The notes under the pieces are model-generated. The model saw only the letters and a program-made list of their open reading frames with translations. It was not told the origin of the DNA and ran no database searches. Positions 27,259 to 37,643 of a stretch of 64,000 nt of DNA are shown in pieces. The DNA is from an uncultured Bacilli bacterium (GTDB lineage: Bacteria; Bacillota_I; Bacilli_A; RF39; UBA660), in assembly GCA_947629655.1 (NCBI GenBank), contig CANREL010000002.1, forward strand, positions 157,340 through 221,339, given 5' to 3'. Made by a program: the position numbers and the translations under genes. Positions within the stretch are counted from its first letter, which is position 1; each line of letters opens with the position of its first letter.

Positions 27259-29181
27259 TCATTTTTCTACTTTAGGATATTTACTAGTGAAATAGTCAAT
27301 CGTCTTCTTTTTAGCATTGATGTGACGGCATCCCTCTTTTAATCTCTCTTCAAAATCATAAATCGTTTTATCATCAGTGACATTGTTGAAATAGAAGAGA
27401 TCTAAAGCTTCATTAGCAAGACAGTCAGCAAATCTTCGCAGAGGACTAGTCAAATGCGTATAGTGTTCAACTCCTATTCCCATGTGACCAATTTTACTAT
27501 CAGTAGTGTAAAAAGCTGTCGGATATGTATCACGTAAAAGTTTGACGAACACATCATAGTTTTCACTAGTTGGATTTTCTCTAAACTTCTTATCAAAATA
27601 ATCAATTTTTTCTAAATAATCTTTATTCAGTTCATGCCCACGATAAATGAATGGGATTCCTTTTTTAGCAGCATAACTAGCAACTGTTGAATTAGCCGCA
27701 ATCATTGCATATTCGACAATCTTTTCACTATTGCTATCACCAGTTACATTAGTACCACTGGCATTAGTTACACCACGATTAGCAAGGCGATAATTTTCAT
27801 CGATAATAATTTTTTTACTCAAGATATTAGCTACTTCCTGTAAATTGTTAATAGTTTCATTGAGACGTTCATCATCACTACCCGTATCTGCTAAAGTATT
27901 GAACTTATCATAAGTCAATTTCTTATTGACATTGACTATCGTCTTTTTAAATTGACATCGATCAAGTATTATTTCTCCATAAGGCGTAATTTCTAAATAA
28001 TAACTAGTACTGAAACGATTTTTTCCTTCCGTAAGTGACATGTAATCTTTGGCATAAGCTTCAGGAAACATTGAACTAGTTCGCTCTAGCGGTGAATAAA
28101 TCGATGTCGTTCTGCGATATGCTTCATCGTACAAAATACTATTTTTACTGACGTAACCAGACGGATCAGATATGTGTACACCTAGTAAGAAATTGCCATT
28201 AGGTAGTTTACGAATTGATAACCCATCATCTATCTCTTCAGCTTGATCCCCATCAACAGTAATTATGTATTCAGAAGTTACGAGTTCTCTTCGATCACCC
28301 TCACTCTTTAAATCATCGGCATTAAACCTTTGTACTTCTGATAAAATAGCTTCATTAAAATCGATGACAATATCTGTCTTATATGCCAAATGCGCTAAAT
28401 TCTCTTCTTTTTTAACACCTTCTAAACGATTCTTTAATTCATTCGTCCAAAAGACTAACTTGTTCTTAACATCATAACTCATCGAAGAACAATCACATTT
28501 ATTTAAAAATTTGCTAACTTTTCTTAAACATTGAGTTTGAACATCTTGGGGATAATCAATCTTTTTAGAATCCAACATGCTCTCTAAAACTTGATCATAA
28601 AAGAATAGATCATCACACACTTGCAGATTAGTCTTAGTAAACTTATCAATCGCTTCAAGGTATTTATCAACGACTTCCGAAATTATACAGTTTCCATTCT
28701 TATCTCTAACATTTATGAAGTGTGGATATTTATCTAAAATGTATTTGACAAAAGACAAATGCTTTTCATCAAATATCAAATAACGTATCAAATTATAGGC
28801 ATTACCATCATACTTATCTATGTAGTTGTACATGTATGATAGATTCATACCTTCTAAATTATCAATAATTATTTTTAATTCTAAAAAATTAGGATTACTC
28901 TTTTGAATATATCCAGGTCGATCAGTAATGAGATCTCTTACTGATTTGTGAAGTCTGACAATTTCCCCATCAATAAGTCGTTGCTTTTTAGCTGCTAGCC
29001 TTGGACGGAACTTATTTATCTCGAATAAGACGTGTGACAAATCGCGATGATCACCATCGTAATCAAACTTAGCTAATTCTTTTCTGAGTAAGTTTATCAA
29101 AGCAATCGTCTTTTTGAAATCGTCCTTACCATTATCTTTAATTTTCCCTATTTTCAAATCGTAATCCATACGCATTACCAT
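27259..29181 (-). CDS. RNB-domain exoribonuclease (RNase II/R family) with non-canonical N-terminus and no S1 tail
   Basis: About 640 aa from ATG 29181, with an AGGGAG RBS and a TGATG overlap with the dnaI stop. RNB signatures are ITVDGDQAEEIDDGLS, GVHISD, and HMGIGVEHYTHLTSPLRRFADCLANE. The protein ends about 60 aa after the last RNB motif. Confidence 0.8.
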   Translation of the reverse strand: MVMRMDYDLKIGKIKDNGKDDFKKTIALINLLRKELAKFDYDGDHRDLSHVLFEINKFRPRLAAKKQRLIDGEIVRLHKSVRDLITDRPGYIQKSNPNFLELKIIIDNLEGMNLSYMYNYIDKYDGNAYNLIRYLIFDEKHLSFVKYILDKYPHFINVRDKNGNCIISEVVDKYLEAIDKFTKTNLQVCDDLFFYDQVLESMLDSKKIDYPQDVQTQCLRKVSKFLNKCDCSSMSYDVKNKLVFWTNELKNRLEGVKKEENLAHLAYKTDIVIDFNEAILSEVQRFNADDLKSEGDRRELVTSEYIITVDGDQAEEIDDGLSIRKLPNGNFLLGVHISDPSGYVSKNSILYDEAYRRTTSIYSPLERTSSMFPEAYAKDYMSLTEGKNRFSTSYYLEITPYGEIILDRCQFKKTIVNVNKKLTYDKFNTLADTGSDDERLNETINNLQEVANILSKKIIIDENYRLANRGVTNASGTNVTGDSNSEKIVEYAMIAANSTVASYAAKKGIPFIYRGHELNKDYLEKIDYFDKKFRENPTSENYDVFVKLLRDTYPTAFYTTDSKIGHMGIGVEHYTHLTSPLRRFADCLANEALDLFYFNNVTDDKTIYDFEERLKEGCRHINAKKKTIDYFTSKYPKVEK

Positions 29182-30089
29182 CACTCCCTAATATTTTTAC
29201 TAACCAATTCGACTGGCTCTGAAAGTTTTTTTATTCTTTCAATAATCCTCCTAGCATTAATCATATCAATAGATGTATTAGAAATGACAAAATGCTTTTC
29301 CAACTCCTCCAAACTCAAATTTGAAGTAAAAAACGTTGGCAGATTTTCATTCATTCGATAATGTAGTAATGGTTCCAAGACTTCATCTCTTCCCCAAGCT
29401 GTCAAGTATTCAGCACCAATATCATCTAAAAGAAGAAGTGGCGTCGTCTTCAAAAGTAGAAATCTTTCATGATAATCTGATGAGAATGACTCTTTTAAAC
29501 TTCGCAGTAATTCAGGTACGTGAACGATGACACTTTTGACATCCTTTTTAGCGAGTTCATTTAAAAGAGCTGACAACAAATATGTCTTACCCGTTCCAAA
29601 GTTACCATATAGATAAATTCCTTTATCTCTTTTATCAGTAAAATAATTTGTATAGTAACTCTTTATCTTTTTAATTATCTCGACACGATTTTTATCTCTA
29701 GTATAGACAGAAGATAATGATGCATCTCTAATCTCCTTTGGAACATCAAATAATTCGACATTGTCCTTATATTCATTTTTTTGAGTATAACGACATCCCT
29801 GATAATAAAAATTAATCGTATTTTTATTAGTTTTAGGTGTCAAAACGAATCCCTTAACTTTATTTTTACACATGTCTAAACCTTTACAGTCCATACAATT
29901 TTTAAATTCACAACAACAATCTTTAAGACGTGAAGTATATTTCATTAGAACATTTTCATTTAATTTTAAACGACTTACCATCTTAGAAAAATATTCATCT
30001 TTTAAAGCATTGATAAATTCTTGTTTTAAAGATAGTTCAAATTCTTCATCTATAGCAAATAAACTATTAGTCTTAATCATGTCTATCAC
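29181..30089 (-). CDS. dnaI: Primosomal helicase loader DnaI
   Basis: 302 aa. N-terminal Cys cluster (CCCEFKNCMDCKGLDMCKN), AAA+ Walker A LYGNFGTGKTYLLSAL, and Walker B LLLLDDIGAE. Confidence 0.8.
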   Translation of the reverse strand: MIDMIKTNSLFAIDEEFELSLKQEFINALKDEYFSKMVSRLKLNENVLMKYTSRLKDCCCEFKNCMDCKGLDMCKNKVKGFVLTPKTNKNTINFYYQGCRYTQKNEYKDNVELFDVPKEIRDASLSSVYTRDKNRVEIIKKIKSYYTNYFTDKRDKGIYLYGNFGTGKTYLLSALLNELAKKDVKSVIVHVPELLRSLKESFSSDYHERFLLLKTTPLLLLDDIGAEYLTAWGRDEVLEPLLHYRMNENLPTFFTSNLSLEELEKHFVISNTSIDMINARRIIERIKKLSEPVELVSKNIRE

Positions 30090-30133
30090 CTAACTAAATT
30101 ATAACATTTATACAGCTACTTCTCCAAGGAAAA

Positions 30134-30165
30134 TAAAAAAAAGTATATAACAATAAGTTATATAC
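30134..30165 (-). terminator. Intrinsic terminator after the prepilin peptidase gene
   Basis: Perfect 9-bp stem GTATATAAC / GTTATATAC with a 5-nt loop and a T-run of 8-9 on the minus strand. Overlaps the stop codon. Confidence 0.65.
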
Positions 30166-30925
30166 CAAGTCCTAAAATAAAATTTATATCAAGCTTAAAC
30201 ATGATGATGACAAGACAGGCAATCAACAAAAATGGTCCATATGGTATGACGCTATCTTTATTATTAAAATATAGGATTAACGAAAGAGGTAAAGCAATGA
30301 AACTTGATAAAAAGATCGTAAATAAAGACATCCATGGTCCAACAGCACATCCGACAAAGAACATCAATTTGATGTCTCCTCCTCCTAACGATTCCTTCTT
30401 AAAAATGAAGTTTCCAAAAAGCATCAATACATACATCAAAAAGAAAGCTCCAATTCCAAATAATAAATATATCAAAGCATCTTTTGGTCCATTCATGATG
30501 AATCTTACAAAGATGATGACGACTGAAAAGAAAAATGTCACTTCATCGGGAATAATCAAATAATTTGAATCGCTGACGACGACGATGACGAAAAAAGAAA
30601 TTGTCAAAATAGCTAAGACAAATTCAAAACTCAAACCAAATATCCAAAAAGCTAAAGCGTATAAAACACCCGTCATCAATTCGACGATGAAATAAAATTT
30701 TGGAATTTTTTGCTTACATTTACGGCACTTTCCACCCTGAATCACATAAGAGACTAATGGAATCAACTCATACCATTTCAATCGGTGTTTGCACTTGGGA
30801 CAAAAAGAACCCGGTTTGACAAGCGAAAGTCCAGCTGGCAAGCGCCAACCGACTACGTTGAAAAACGATCCAAATATCAAACCGAATACAAATATGACAA
30901 AGGTTAAATACAATTTTAATTCCAC
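30158..30925 (-). CDS. pilD: Type IV prepilin peptidase (A24 family)
   Basis: 255 aa, polytopic. Has the N-terminal CPKCKHRLKWYELIPLVSY...CRKC zinc knuckle and the catalytic Asp motifs VVSDSN and GGGDIKL. Confidence 0.9.
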   Translation of the reverse strand: MELKLYLTFVIFVFGLIFGSFFNVVGWRLPAGLSLVKPGSFCPKCKHRLKWYELIPLVSYVIQGGKCRKCKQKIPKFYFIVELMTGVLYALAFWIFGLSFEFVLAILTISFFVIVVVSDSNYLIIPDEVTFFFSVVIIFVRFIMNGPKDALIYLLFGIGAFFLMYVLMLFGNFIFKKESLGGGDIKLMFFVGCAVGPWMSLFTIFLSSFIALPLSLILYFNNKDSVIPYGPFLLIACLVIIMFKLDINFILGLGI

Positions 30926-30936
30926 AACAATTCCCC

Positions 30937-32364
30937 CTAAATTTGTCCGTACAAATCAAACATAGGTAGAATGATAGACATTAGAATAAATCCAACCGCA
31001 ATAGCTAAGAAAATTATGACTATTGGTTCAATCAAACTCTTGATGACAGTAACAGCATTGTGATGTAAATTACCAAAGTGTTCAGATACTTTCTGCATCA
31101 TCAATGCTAATTGACCAGTTGATTCACCAGTTACAATCATCTCATATGCAACTACTGGAAAAGCCCATTCACCTTTAAATGTCTCACTAAGTTTTGCTCC
31201 TTTACTAAGATTTATCAAAGTACGTGACAAAATTTCCTTATAAACTTCATTATTAGTCAAATTGGTAAGAATCTCCATACTATCAGTAATGAAGACACCA
31301 TGGTTTAATAATGATGCAAAAGTACGCGTAATCGTTGAAACTTGACCATAGATGATAGTATTACCTAAAATTGGCATTTTCATCATCATGATTTGCATAC
31401 TTTTTCTAAAATCTTTTATATTGCTATACAACCATTTAAACGTGAAAATCACAGTTAGAATTCCTAATATCAAAGCCCACCAATATGAACCGAGGAACGA
31501 ACTGGCCGCAATGACAAATTTAGTAATAGCTGGTAATTCAGCTCCTTGACTTGAGAACATGTCGATGAATTGTGGTACGACGAACATGATTAAGAAGCAA
31601 ACTGCACCAATACAAAGAACTAAGATAACTGCCGGATAAATAAGAGCTGAAATCATCTCTTTACGCGTCTTTTCTGTATCAGTAAAGTAATCGGCCATCT
31701 CATCAAGAGTACCAGCAAGGTCACCAGTCATCTCACTAGTCTTTACCATGTTTATCAAGATTAATGGGAATGCTCCGCCCTGTTTTTCCAAAGCGACAGA
31801 GAAAGGTTCACCAATGACCAATTCATAAATTACTTTATCATAAATTCTTCGCAAAGTAGCATTTGTCGTCTGCTTAGCAAGAATGCGCATTGAGTCAATT
31901 AACGGAATACCCGCTTTTATATAAGTAGATAACTGAATAAGGGCAAATGACAAATCACCTGTCTTTATTCTTCCACTACCTATCGTTATATCAAAATCCC
32001 ATTTTTCCCTAGGTTTTATCTCAACTATCTCATATCCTTCATTGGATAAGAAAACTCTAACAGCTGTTATGTCTTCAGCATCAAAAACTCCTTTTAGAGT
32101 TTCTCCCATCGCATTTTTTACGACGTATCTAAAAGATGCTAACTTTTTATTTTCATCAACTTTTTCTTCACTAGCACTAGCGCTTTTAAATTGACTACTC
32201 TGCTTTTTTACTTTCGCAAGTTCAGCCTCTAATTCTTCACCGACTAAACGATTGGGATCGATGTTCAAATCACTTTTAAAAATGAGACTTTTTATGTAAG
32301 AAAGCCCCTTACCAGAGTATTGTAAAACCGTTAATGGAAATCGCAAAACACTTTGTACGTTCAT
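30937..32364 (-). CDS. pilC: Type II secretion / type IV pilus platform protein (GspF/PilC family) with N-terminal extension
   Basis: 475 aa. The canonical PilC start pattern FRYVVKNAMGETLKGVFDAEDITAVRVFLSNEGYEIVEI appears only at residue ~78. Two T2SSF repeats, each with TM segments, follow. Confidence 0.85.
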   Translation of the reverse strand: MNVQSVLRFPLTVLQYSGKGLSYIKSLIFKSDLNIDPNRLVGEELEAELAKVKKQSSQFKSASASEEKVDENKKLASFRYVVKNAMGETLKGVFDAEDITAVRVFLSNEGYEIVEIKPREKWDFDITIGSGRIKTGDLSFALIQLSTYIKAGIPLIDSMRILAKQTTNATLRRIYDKVIYELVIGEPFSVALEKQGGAFPLILINMVKTSEMTGDLAGTLDEMADYFTDTEKTRKEMISALIYPAVILVLCIGAVCFLIMFVVPQFIDMFSSQGAELPAITKFVIAASSFLGSYWWALILGILTVIFTFKWLYSNIKDFRKSMQIMMMKMPILGNTIIYGQVSTITRTFASLLNHGVFITDSMEILTNLTNNEVYKEILSRTLINLSKGAKLSETFKGEWAFPVVAYEMIVTGESTGQLALMMQKVSEHFGNLHHNAVTVIKSLIEPIVIIFLAIAVGFILMSIILPMFDLYGQI

Positions 32365-32468
32365 TAAACATCCTCCCTATTTTCATTCTACTATAGATTA
32401 TAACATACCTAATTTTAATTTTAAACATTTTTTTACTAATTCATATAATAATGTAAAGGAGGAATATA

Positions 32469-32789
32469 ATGTTTAATAATTACAACTATTTTCCCTTTCA
32501 AGGAATTCAACCACGATTGTCACTTTTTAGTGGTTTGCGAAATTTAAACTTCGGTGAAATTTTAAACAGTACACAAAAAACCCTAAATGTTGTAAATCAA
32601 GCTATTCCTATTTTTTATCAAATTAGACCTCTTTGGAACAACACTAAAACCATCTTCAAAATAGCTAATGCCATAAACGAAGATGATAATAAGAATAATG
32701 AAAAAACAAATGACATTCCTAAAAAAGATGATGGAAAAACGGAGACAAAAAGGCAAATAAATTATAACGAACCCGTATTTTTCCTATAA
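32469..32789 (+). CDS. YqfQ/VrrA-like small protein
   Basis: 106 aa with an AAGGAGG RBS. The N-terminal block FSGLRNLNFGEILNSTQKTLNVVNQAIPIFYQIRPLWNNTKTIFKI resembles YqfQ-family proteins of spore formers, and the tail is basic/acidic. This is a tentative call. Confidence 0.35.
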   Translation: MFNNYNYFPFQGIQPRLSLFSGLRNLNFGEILNSTQKTLNVVNQAIPIFYQIRPLWNNTKTIFKIANAINEDDNKNNEKTNDIPKKDDGKTETKRQINYNEPVFFL

Positions 32790-32813
32790 AAAAGAAAGAA
32801 ATTACTTTCTTTC
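32786..32813. terminator. Terminator after the CBS-pyrophosphatase gene (weakly bidirectional)
   Basis: 8-bp stem GAAAGAAA / TTTCTTTC with loop TTAC. The T-run is on the minus strand only. Confidence 0.55.
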
Positions 32814-34436
32814 TACAACATCTAATATCGCAACAATCATTTGTTTTTTTCTTGAGACAATATTTGGTAAATAATGTCCCTCTTCAATTTCTGGAACATT
32901 ATAGGCAAGAGATAATGTACTGCGAGCTTTTTCATTGAATAACACATAAGATCCATTAGTAATTATATCAGTGACAAATAGACAGACAATATCATAATTA
33001 TTGTTGATGGCTATATCGTTGAGTTCTTTTATGTAATCATCTTTATACGCTTCAATCTCTTCATAATTAGTAGTGAACACTTGGCCAATACCAATATTGA
33101 CATCTTCTGCAGTGAACTGTTTGAAATCCTGATAAATTATCTCTTCAAAAGTCTTACCTTTTAAACTAGATCCTGCTTTAAACATTTCAAGTCCATATTT
33201 TTCATAGTTGATGTTCAATTGGTTAGCTAAACTATTAACTGCTTCTGCATCTATTCGTGTCGTCGTTGGACTTTTGAGAAGAAGGGTATCTGACAAAATC
33301 GCTGATAACAATAGTCCAGCTATCTCATCAGGAATTTTTATATTTTGTTGTTTGAACAATCCAAAAATAATCGTACAAGTACTACCAACTGACATATTTC
33401 TAAAATTTATTGGTGAACTCGTCGAAATTGTCCCAAGGCGATGATGGTCTATTATTTCAACGATATCAGCTTCTTCTAATCCATCGACACTCTGCGTCTT
33501 TTCATTGTGATCGACTAAAACAACTTTTTTACGACGTTTTTCATTGACATCAGTAATTCTAATCAATCCTAAACAACTGCCATCTTTTCCAACAACGGGA
33601 TAATTACTATAGGCAAGTTTACTTCGCATATCTTCAAAATCCGTTAAGAAATCACTATCTTTTACTATTACTGGTTCAAATGAAGCATTGATATTAATGG
33701 CATAATTACAAAGAGTTAATAGATTGCTGACATCAAAACTGCCCATCTCTGTTCTAATTATATTTACCTTGTTCATCTTAGCTTTATCGAGATGAACTTG
33801 TTTTATTTCACTATTACCAATCAAAATTATCAATTTGACTCCAGACTCCACAGCGTATTCCAAAATGCTATGACGGTCACCAACAACTAAAATAGTATCG
33901 TTATGAAGTTCGACATCACTCAAGAATGTCGTACTTCTAAAAGTAGCAGCTAAAATATTACCAACTATTTCATCATCAAAACGAAGCACTTCTTCAGCAT
34001 TCAAAACTTTTAAAATGTTATCATAAGAAGTGTGCAATTGTCTTCGATCACCATCAATCAGTTCCTTAGCTAATTCTTTTAAAGTTATTAGACCAACTAA
34101 TTTATTATTGTCTTTAGAATCGACAATTGGTATACCACTCGATTGATTATTGGTCATCAAATCATATGCTGTCTTAATGCTATCATACTTATCGACATAG
34201 AGATTTTTCTTATAATTTACATCTCTTATCTGAACTTTAACATCATTTAAATACTTAGGAACTTTAATATTAAATCTATCTAGAACAAACTTCGTCTCAT
34301 TATTAATAGATCCCAAGATTTTTGGAACAGCTTCAAAACTGTGATTTCTATAATTCAACAAATAAGACATCGCAATTGATGCACAAACTGTATCAGTATC
34401 TGGTTTCTTATGTCCAAAAACATAAATCTTTTCCAT
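32802..34436 (-). CDS. ppaC: Family II (DHH) manganese-dependent inorganic pyrophosphatase with CBS-DRTGG-CBS insertion
   Basis: Start moved to ATG 34436 (MEKIYVFGHKKPDTDTV). Shows DHH motifs (VDHNE, DHHRLG), an inserted CBS pair flanking a DRTGG-like block (ILVVGDRHSILEYAVESG), and a DHHA2 C-terminus. Confidence 0.9.
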   Translation of the reverse strand: MEKIYVFGHKKPDTDTVCASIAMSYLLNYRNHSFEAVPKILGSINNETKFVLDRFNIKVPKYLNDVKVQIRDVNYKKNLYVDKYDSIKTAYDLMTNNQSSGIPIVDSKDNNKLVGLITLKELAKELIDGDRRQLHTSYDNILKVLNAEEVLRFDDEIVGNILAATFRSTTFLSDVELHNDTILVVGDRHSILEYAVESGVKLIILIGNSEIKQVHLDKAKMNKVNIIRTEMGSFDVSNLLTLCNYAININASFEPVIVKDSDFLTDFEDMRSKLAYSNYPVVGKDGSCLGLIRITDVNEKRRKKVVLVDHNEKTQSVDGLEEADIVEIIDHHRLGTISTSSPINFRNMSVGSTCTIIFGLFKQQNIKIPDEIAGLLLSAILSDTLLLKSPTTTRIDAEAVNSLANQLNINYEKYGLEMFKAGSSLKGKTFEEIIYQDFKQFTAEDVNIGIGQVFTTNYEEIEAYKDDYIKELNDIAINNNYDIVCLFVTDIITNGSYVLFNEKARSTLSLAYNVPEIEEGHYLPNIVSRKKQMIVAILDVVERK

Positions 34437-34529
34437 TAATATCACACCTTCCAAACGTTTACCAATTGTAACACAACCCTTTTACCTAATCAAGTATAAC
34501 ACATATTTAATATTTTTATAAATATATAA

Positions 34530-37500
34530 CTACAAATTATTATTAAGCTCTTTTAATTTGTTATCGATTATTGAATATAAATATATTGATACTTCTTTTT
34601 TAGTCTTATATCTTATGAAATCACGATAACCATTTAATTGTTTCAAGTAATTTTCATCATCTATATTTTTTAATTTGTAATCGATAATCACAATTTTATC
34701 ATCATATTCAATCATCAAATCGATAATACCATGATTGATGACATTATCACTTTCATATATGAATTCATATTCTTTATAGATATTACCAGAAAAATCGATA
34801 CCAGAATGCAAAAAGTTTTTTAAATATTGCTGATAAGATTCTGGAATTATTGAAAAATCAGGATTTTTAAAATCAAACATTTCAAATATGTAATGCATAT
34901 ATGTACCAAATTCTTCTTTCTCACGTGTCTTTTCATCAATCAAAATATCACTAGTTTTAGAGAAATGTTTATTGACGACTTCTTCATTATCAATTTTTAA
35001 TTCAACAGAATTGACTCTATCATCACTTTCAATTATCTTATCTTGATAATTTGTCTTTTTGATCAAATTATAGTCATGAGTCAATCCCAAATTATCAAGT
35101 TCTATTTCTTTTACGTATGGTTGTAAAAGTGAACTGATACTATTGACGATATCTCTAAAAGACTTATATTTATTTCTAATTTGCGAAGAGACGACATCAC
35201 CAATTTCATCATCTTCATCTTTTAGATCACATACTAAAATCATCTTTTCTTTACAACGCGTCAAAGCTACATAAAACAAGCGTATTTTTTCACTTATCTC
35301 ATCTTTTAAATAATCATCTCTAAACATTATTTTATAAAAAGTATCACCAATTCCCTCATCAAAATAAGGACAAATAATACCATATTTTTCGGAGAAAAGA
35401 AATCGATCATTCATATCGCTCAAATTGAAATCATAATCAAATCCCGCAAAATAACAAATGTGATACTCTAATCCCTTAGACTTGTGAATAGTCATGATCT
35501 TAACACTATCTTGAATATTCTCACTTATCTCACATTCCATCTTTTGATCAGACTCAATCAAATTGTCTAGATAATCTCTAAATTCTGAGATTCCATAACC
35601 CATTTTTTCCATGCCCAAAGCTAAATTGATGATGTATTCAATACGAATATTTACTTTTTCCATATCGCCAACAGTAACACTTTTAAGATAGAAATTGAAC
35701 TCATCAACTACTCTTTCAATTATTTTCGCAAGCGATAGATGTGAAATATCCGAATTGATATTTAAAAGAATCTTAAACAAATCGCTCTCTTCATAAGTGT
35801 TGAGCATCAAATGATCAAACAATTCTTCATCACTATATCTAAATAGATAACTGCGTCCCACTGACATAAAACTATATTTGAAATCACTGCCAAAATCATT
35901 ATTCTTAACACTTATCAAAAGTGACAAAATATTTTTTATCAAATAGATATCATCATCTTTTTTAATATTAGTAGAAGTATATTTAGTAAGAGGAATACCA
36001 AAATATTCAAAGATTTTTTTATAGAGATCAAATTTAGAAGAACGATCCAATAAAATACAAAAATCATTATAAGTAATTGGTCTTAAAATTTTCGCATCTT
36101 TATCAAAAATTTGGTAATTACTATCCATCTTTTCTTTTATATCTTTAACAATCGTAAATATCTCTATTTCATCTTTAGTAAAGCCCCTACTTCGATCAAA
36201 AGTATAATTGTACACTTCCATATCATAGTTCTGTTCAGTTTTACCTTCATTTGTATATGAATAATTACCAAACACCATGCGATGCGACTCTTGATATTTT
36301 GCCCCACCTATTTCATCATCCATGATCACATCAAATATCAAATTGATATTGTTCAGAACCTCATCACGACTGCGGAAATTTTTTAGTAAATCAATTTTTA
36401 TTCCATTCATGCCCAAAGAATAATTATCATATTTATTTTTAAAGATGTATGGGTCAGCATTCCTAAAGCGATAGATGGATTGTTTGATATCACCAACCAT
36501 ATATACGTCATCATTAGCGATTAGATTTATAAACGTCTCTTGAATATTTGATGTATCTTGATATTCATCAATCATTATCTCTTTAAAATATCCTTTTAAA
36601 TATTCACGAACAGTTTTATTATCTCTAACTACTTGAATTGCCATGTGGGCAATATCATTGAATTCATATGTATTACTATTCTTTTTAAAATTCATCAGTC
36701 TCTCATCTAATTCTTTAATAATGGAAACGATTATGCGACTGTAACCAATCGTTTCTAAAAATGTCTTCTTGATTTGATTGACATTTTCAAAATCCATATA
36801 AATTTTTAAATCATCAATTATAGAAGATAACTTTTCTTTTGCTCTTTTTATTTCATCACTACTATTTGGTGATAGTGTTGGTAGTTTAATATTGATAACT
36901 TCACGCATCTCTTCATAAGTATGGGAATTATTAGCCCTTTCAACAAAAGGTAGCACTTTCTCAGCAAACTTTCCTTCCGCTAAACTCAAAAGATCAGCTC
37001 CATTTTCTTTGACACAATCATACTTTAAAGCAATTCTTTTCATGTATTCTTCAATCTTTTCATCGATAAATTTATCATCATAATAAGTATCGATATAAGA
37101 ATTTAAAAAACTTTCTTTATCCATCAAAAGATCCATTTTATCATTAATTTTAATGATATATTTTTTTATGTCATCATCATCTTTGACACAAAAATCATTT
37201 ATCATTTTCACAAAGTCAGGATTTTTTTCTCTATATAATCTAGTTACTATATCTTCAAGTATTTTAACTTTTTCATTGTAAATAATACTGTTATCAACAA
37301 TTGATACATCTTTGGATATATTTAATAAATAGTGATATTTTTTGACGATTGATAAACTGAAGCTGTCAAAAGTAGTTATGTAAGCCCCATCGATTAAATC
37401 AAGTTGTTCTTTCAAAGAAACTTCTTTTTTTATCGCTTTACGAATTCTCTCTTTCATTTCAAAAGCCGCTGCATTTGTAAAAGTGAGAACTAATATCTCA

Positions 37501-37643
37501 TTGATGTTAATCCCTTTCTTCAACTTTCTAATAACTCTTTCCGTCAAAACTGCTGTCTTTCCACTACCAGCTCCAGCTGATACGATGATATTACAACCAC
37601 TTCTATCGATAGCTTCTTCTTGTTCTTTTGTCCAATTAGGCAT
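34530..37643 (-). CDS. addA: ATP-dependent helicase/nuclease subunit A (AddA, UvrD-like SF1A + PD-(D/E)xK)
   Basis: Start at ATG 37643 (MPNWTKEQEEAI). Walker A SAGAGSGKTAVL, DEYQDTS, and a C-terminal nuclease motif GIIDLMIEYDDKIVIIDYK. About 1037 aa, shorter than the ~1230 aa of B. subtilis AddA. Confidence 0.85.
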   Translation of the reverse strand: MPNWTKEQEEAIDRSGCNIIVSAGAGSGKTAVLTERVIRKLKKGININEILVLTFTNAAAFEMKERIRKAIKKEVSLKEQLDLIDGAYITTFDSFSLSIVKKYHYLLNISKDVSIVDNSIIYNEKVKILEDIVTRLYREKNPDFVKMINDFCVKDDDDIKKYIIKINDKMDLLMDKESFLNSYIDTYYDDKFIDEKIEEYMKRIALKYDCVKENGADLLSLAEGKFAEKVLPFVERANNSHTYEEMREVINIKLPTLSPNSSDEIKRAKEKLSSIIDDLKIYMDFENVNQIKKTFLETIGYSRIIVSIIKELDERLMNFKKNSNTYEFNDIAHMAIQVVRDNKTVREYLKGYFKEIMIDEYQDTSNIQETFINLIANDDVYMVGDIKQSIYRFRNADPYIFKNKYDNYSLGMNGIKIDLLKNFRSRDEVLNNINLIFDVIMDDEIGGAKYQESHRMVFGNYSYTNEGKTEQNYDMEVYNYTFDRSRGFTKDEIEIFTIVKDIKEKMDSNYQIFDKDAKILRPITYNDFCILLDRSSKFDLYKKIFEYFGIPLTKYTSTNIKKDDDIYLIKNILSLLISVKNNDFGSDFKYSFMSVGRSYLFRYSDEELFDHLMLNTYEESDLFKILLNINSDISHLSLAKIIERVVDEFNFYLKSVTVGDMEKVNIRIEYIINLALGMEKMGYGISEFRDYLDNLIESDQKMECEISENIQDSVKIMTIHKSKGLEYHICYFAGFDYDFNLSDMNDRFLFSEKYGIICPYFDEGIGDTFYKIMFRDDYLKDEISEKIRLFYVALTRCKEKMILVCDLKDEDDEIGDVVSSQIRNKYKSFRDIVNSISSLLQPYVKEIELDNLGLTHDYNLIKKTNYQDKIIESDDRVNSVELKIDNEEVVNKHFSKTSDILIDEKTREKEEFGTYMHYIFEMFDFKNPDFSIIPESYQQYLKNFLHSGIDFSGNIYKEYEFIYESDNVINHGIIDLMIEYDDKIVIIDYKLKNIDDENYLKQLNGYRDFIRYKTKKEVSIYLYSIIDNKLKELNNNL

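Noticed and set aside
30768-30959. Same-strand out-of-frame ORFs (30768..30959 across the pilC/pilD junction; 51712..51954 inside rseP)
   Set aside because: They overlap strongly supported genes in another frame and have no independent motif or RBS support.
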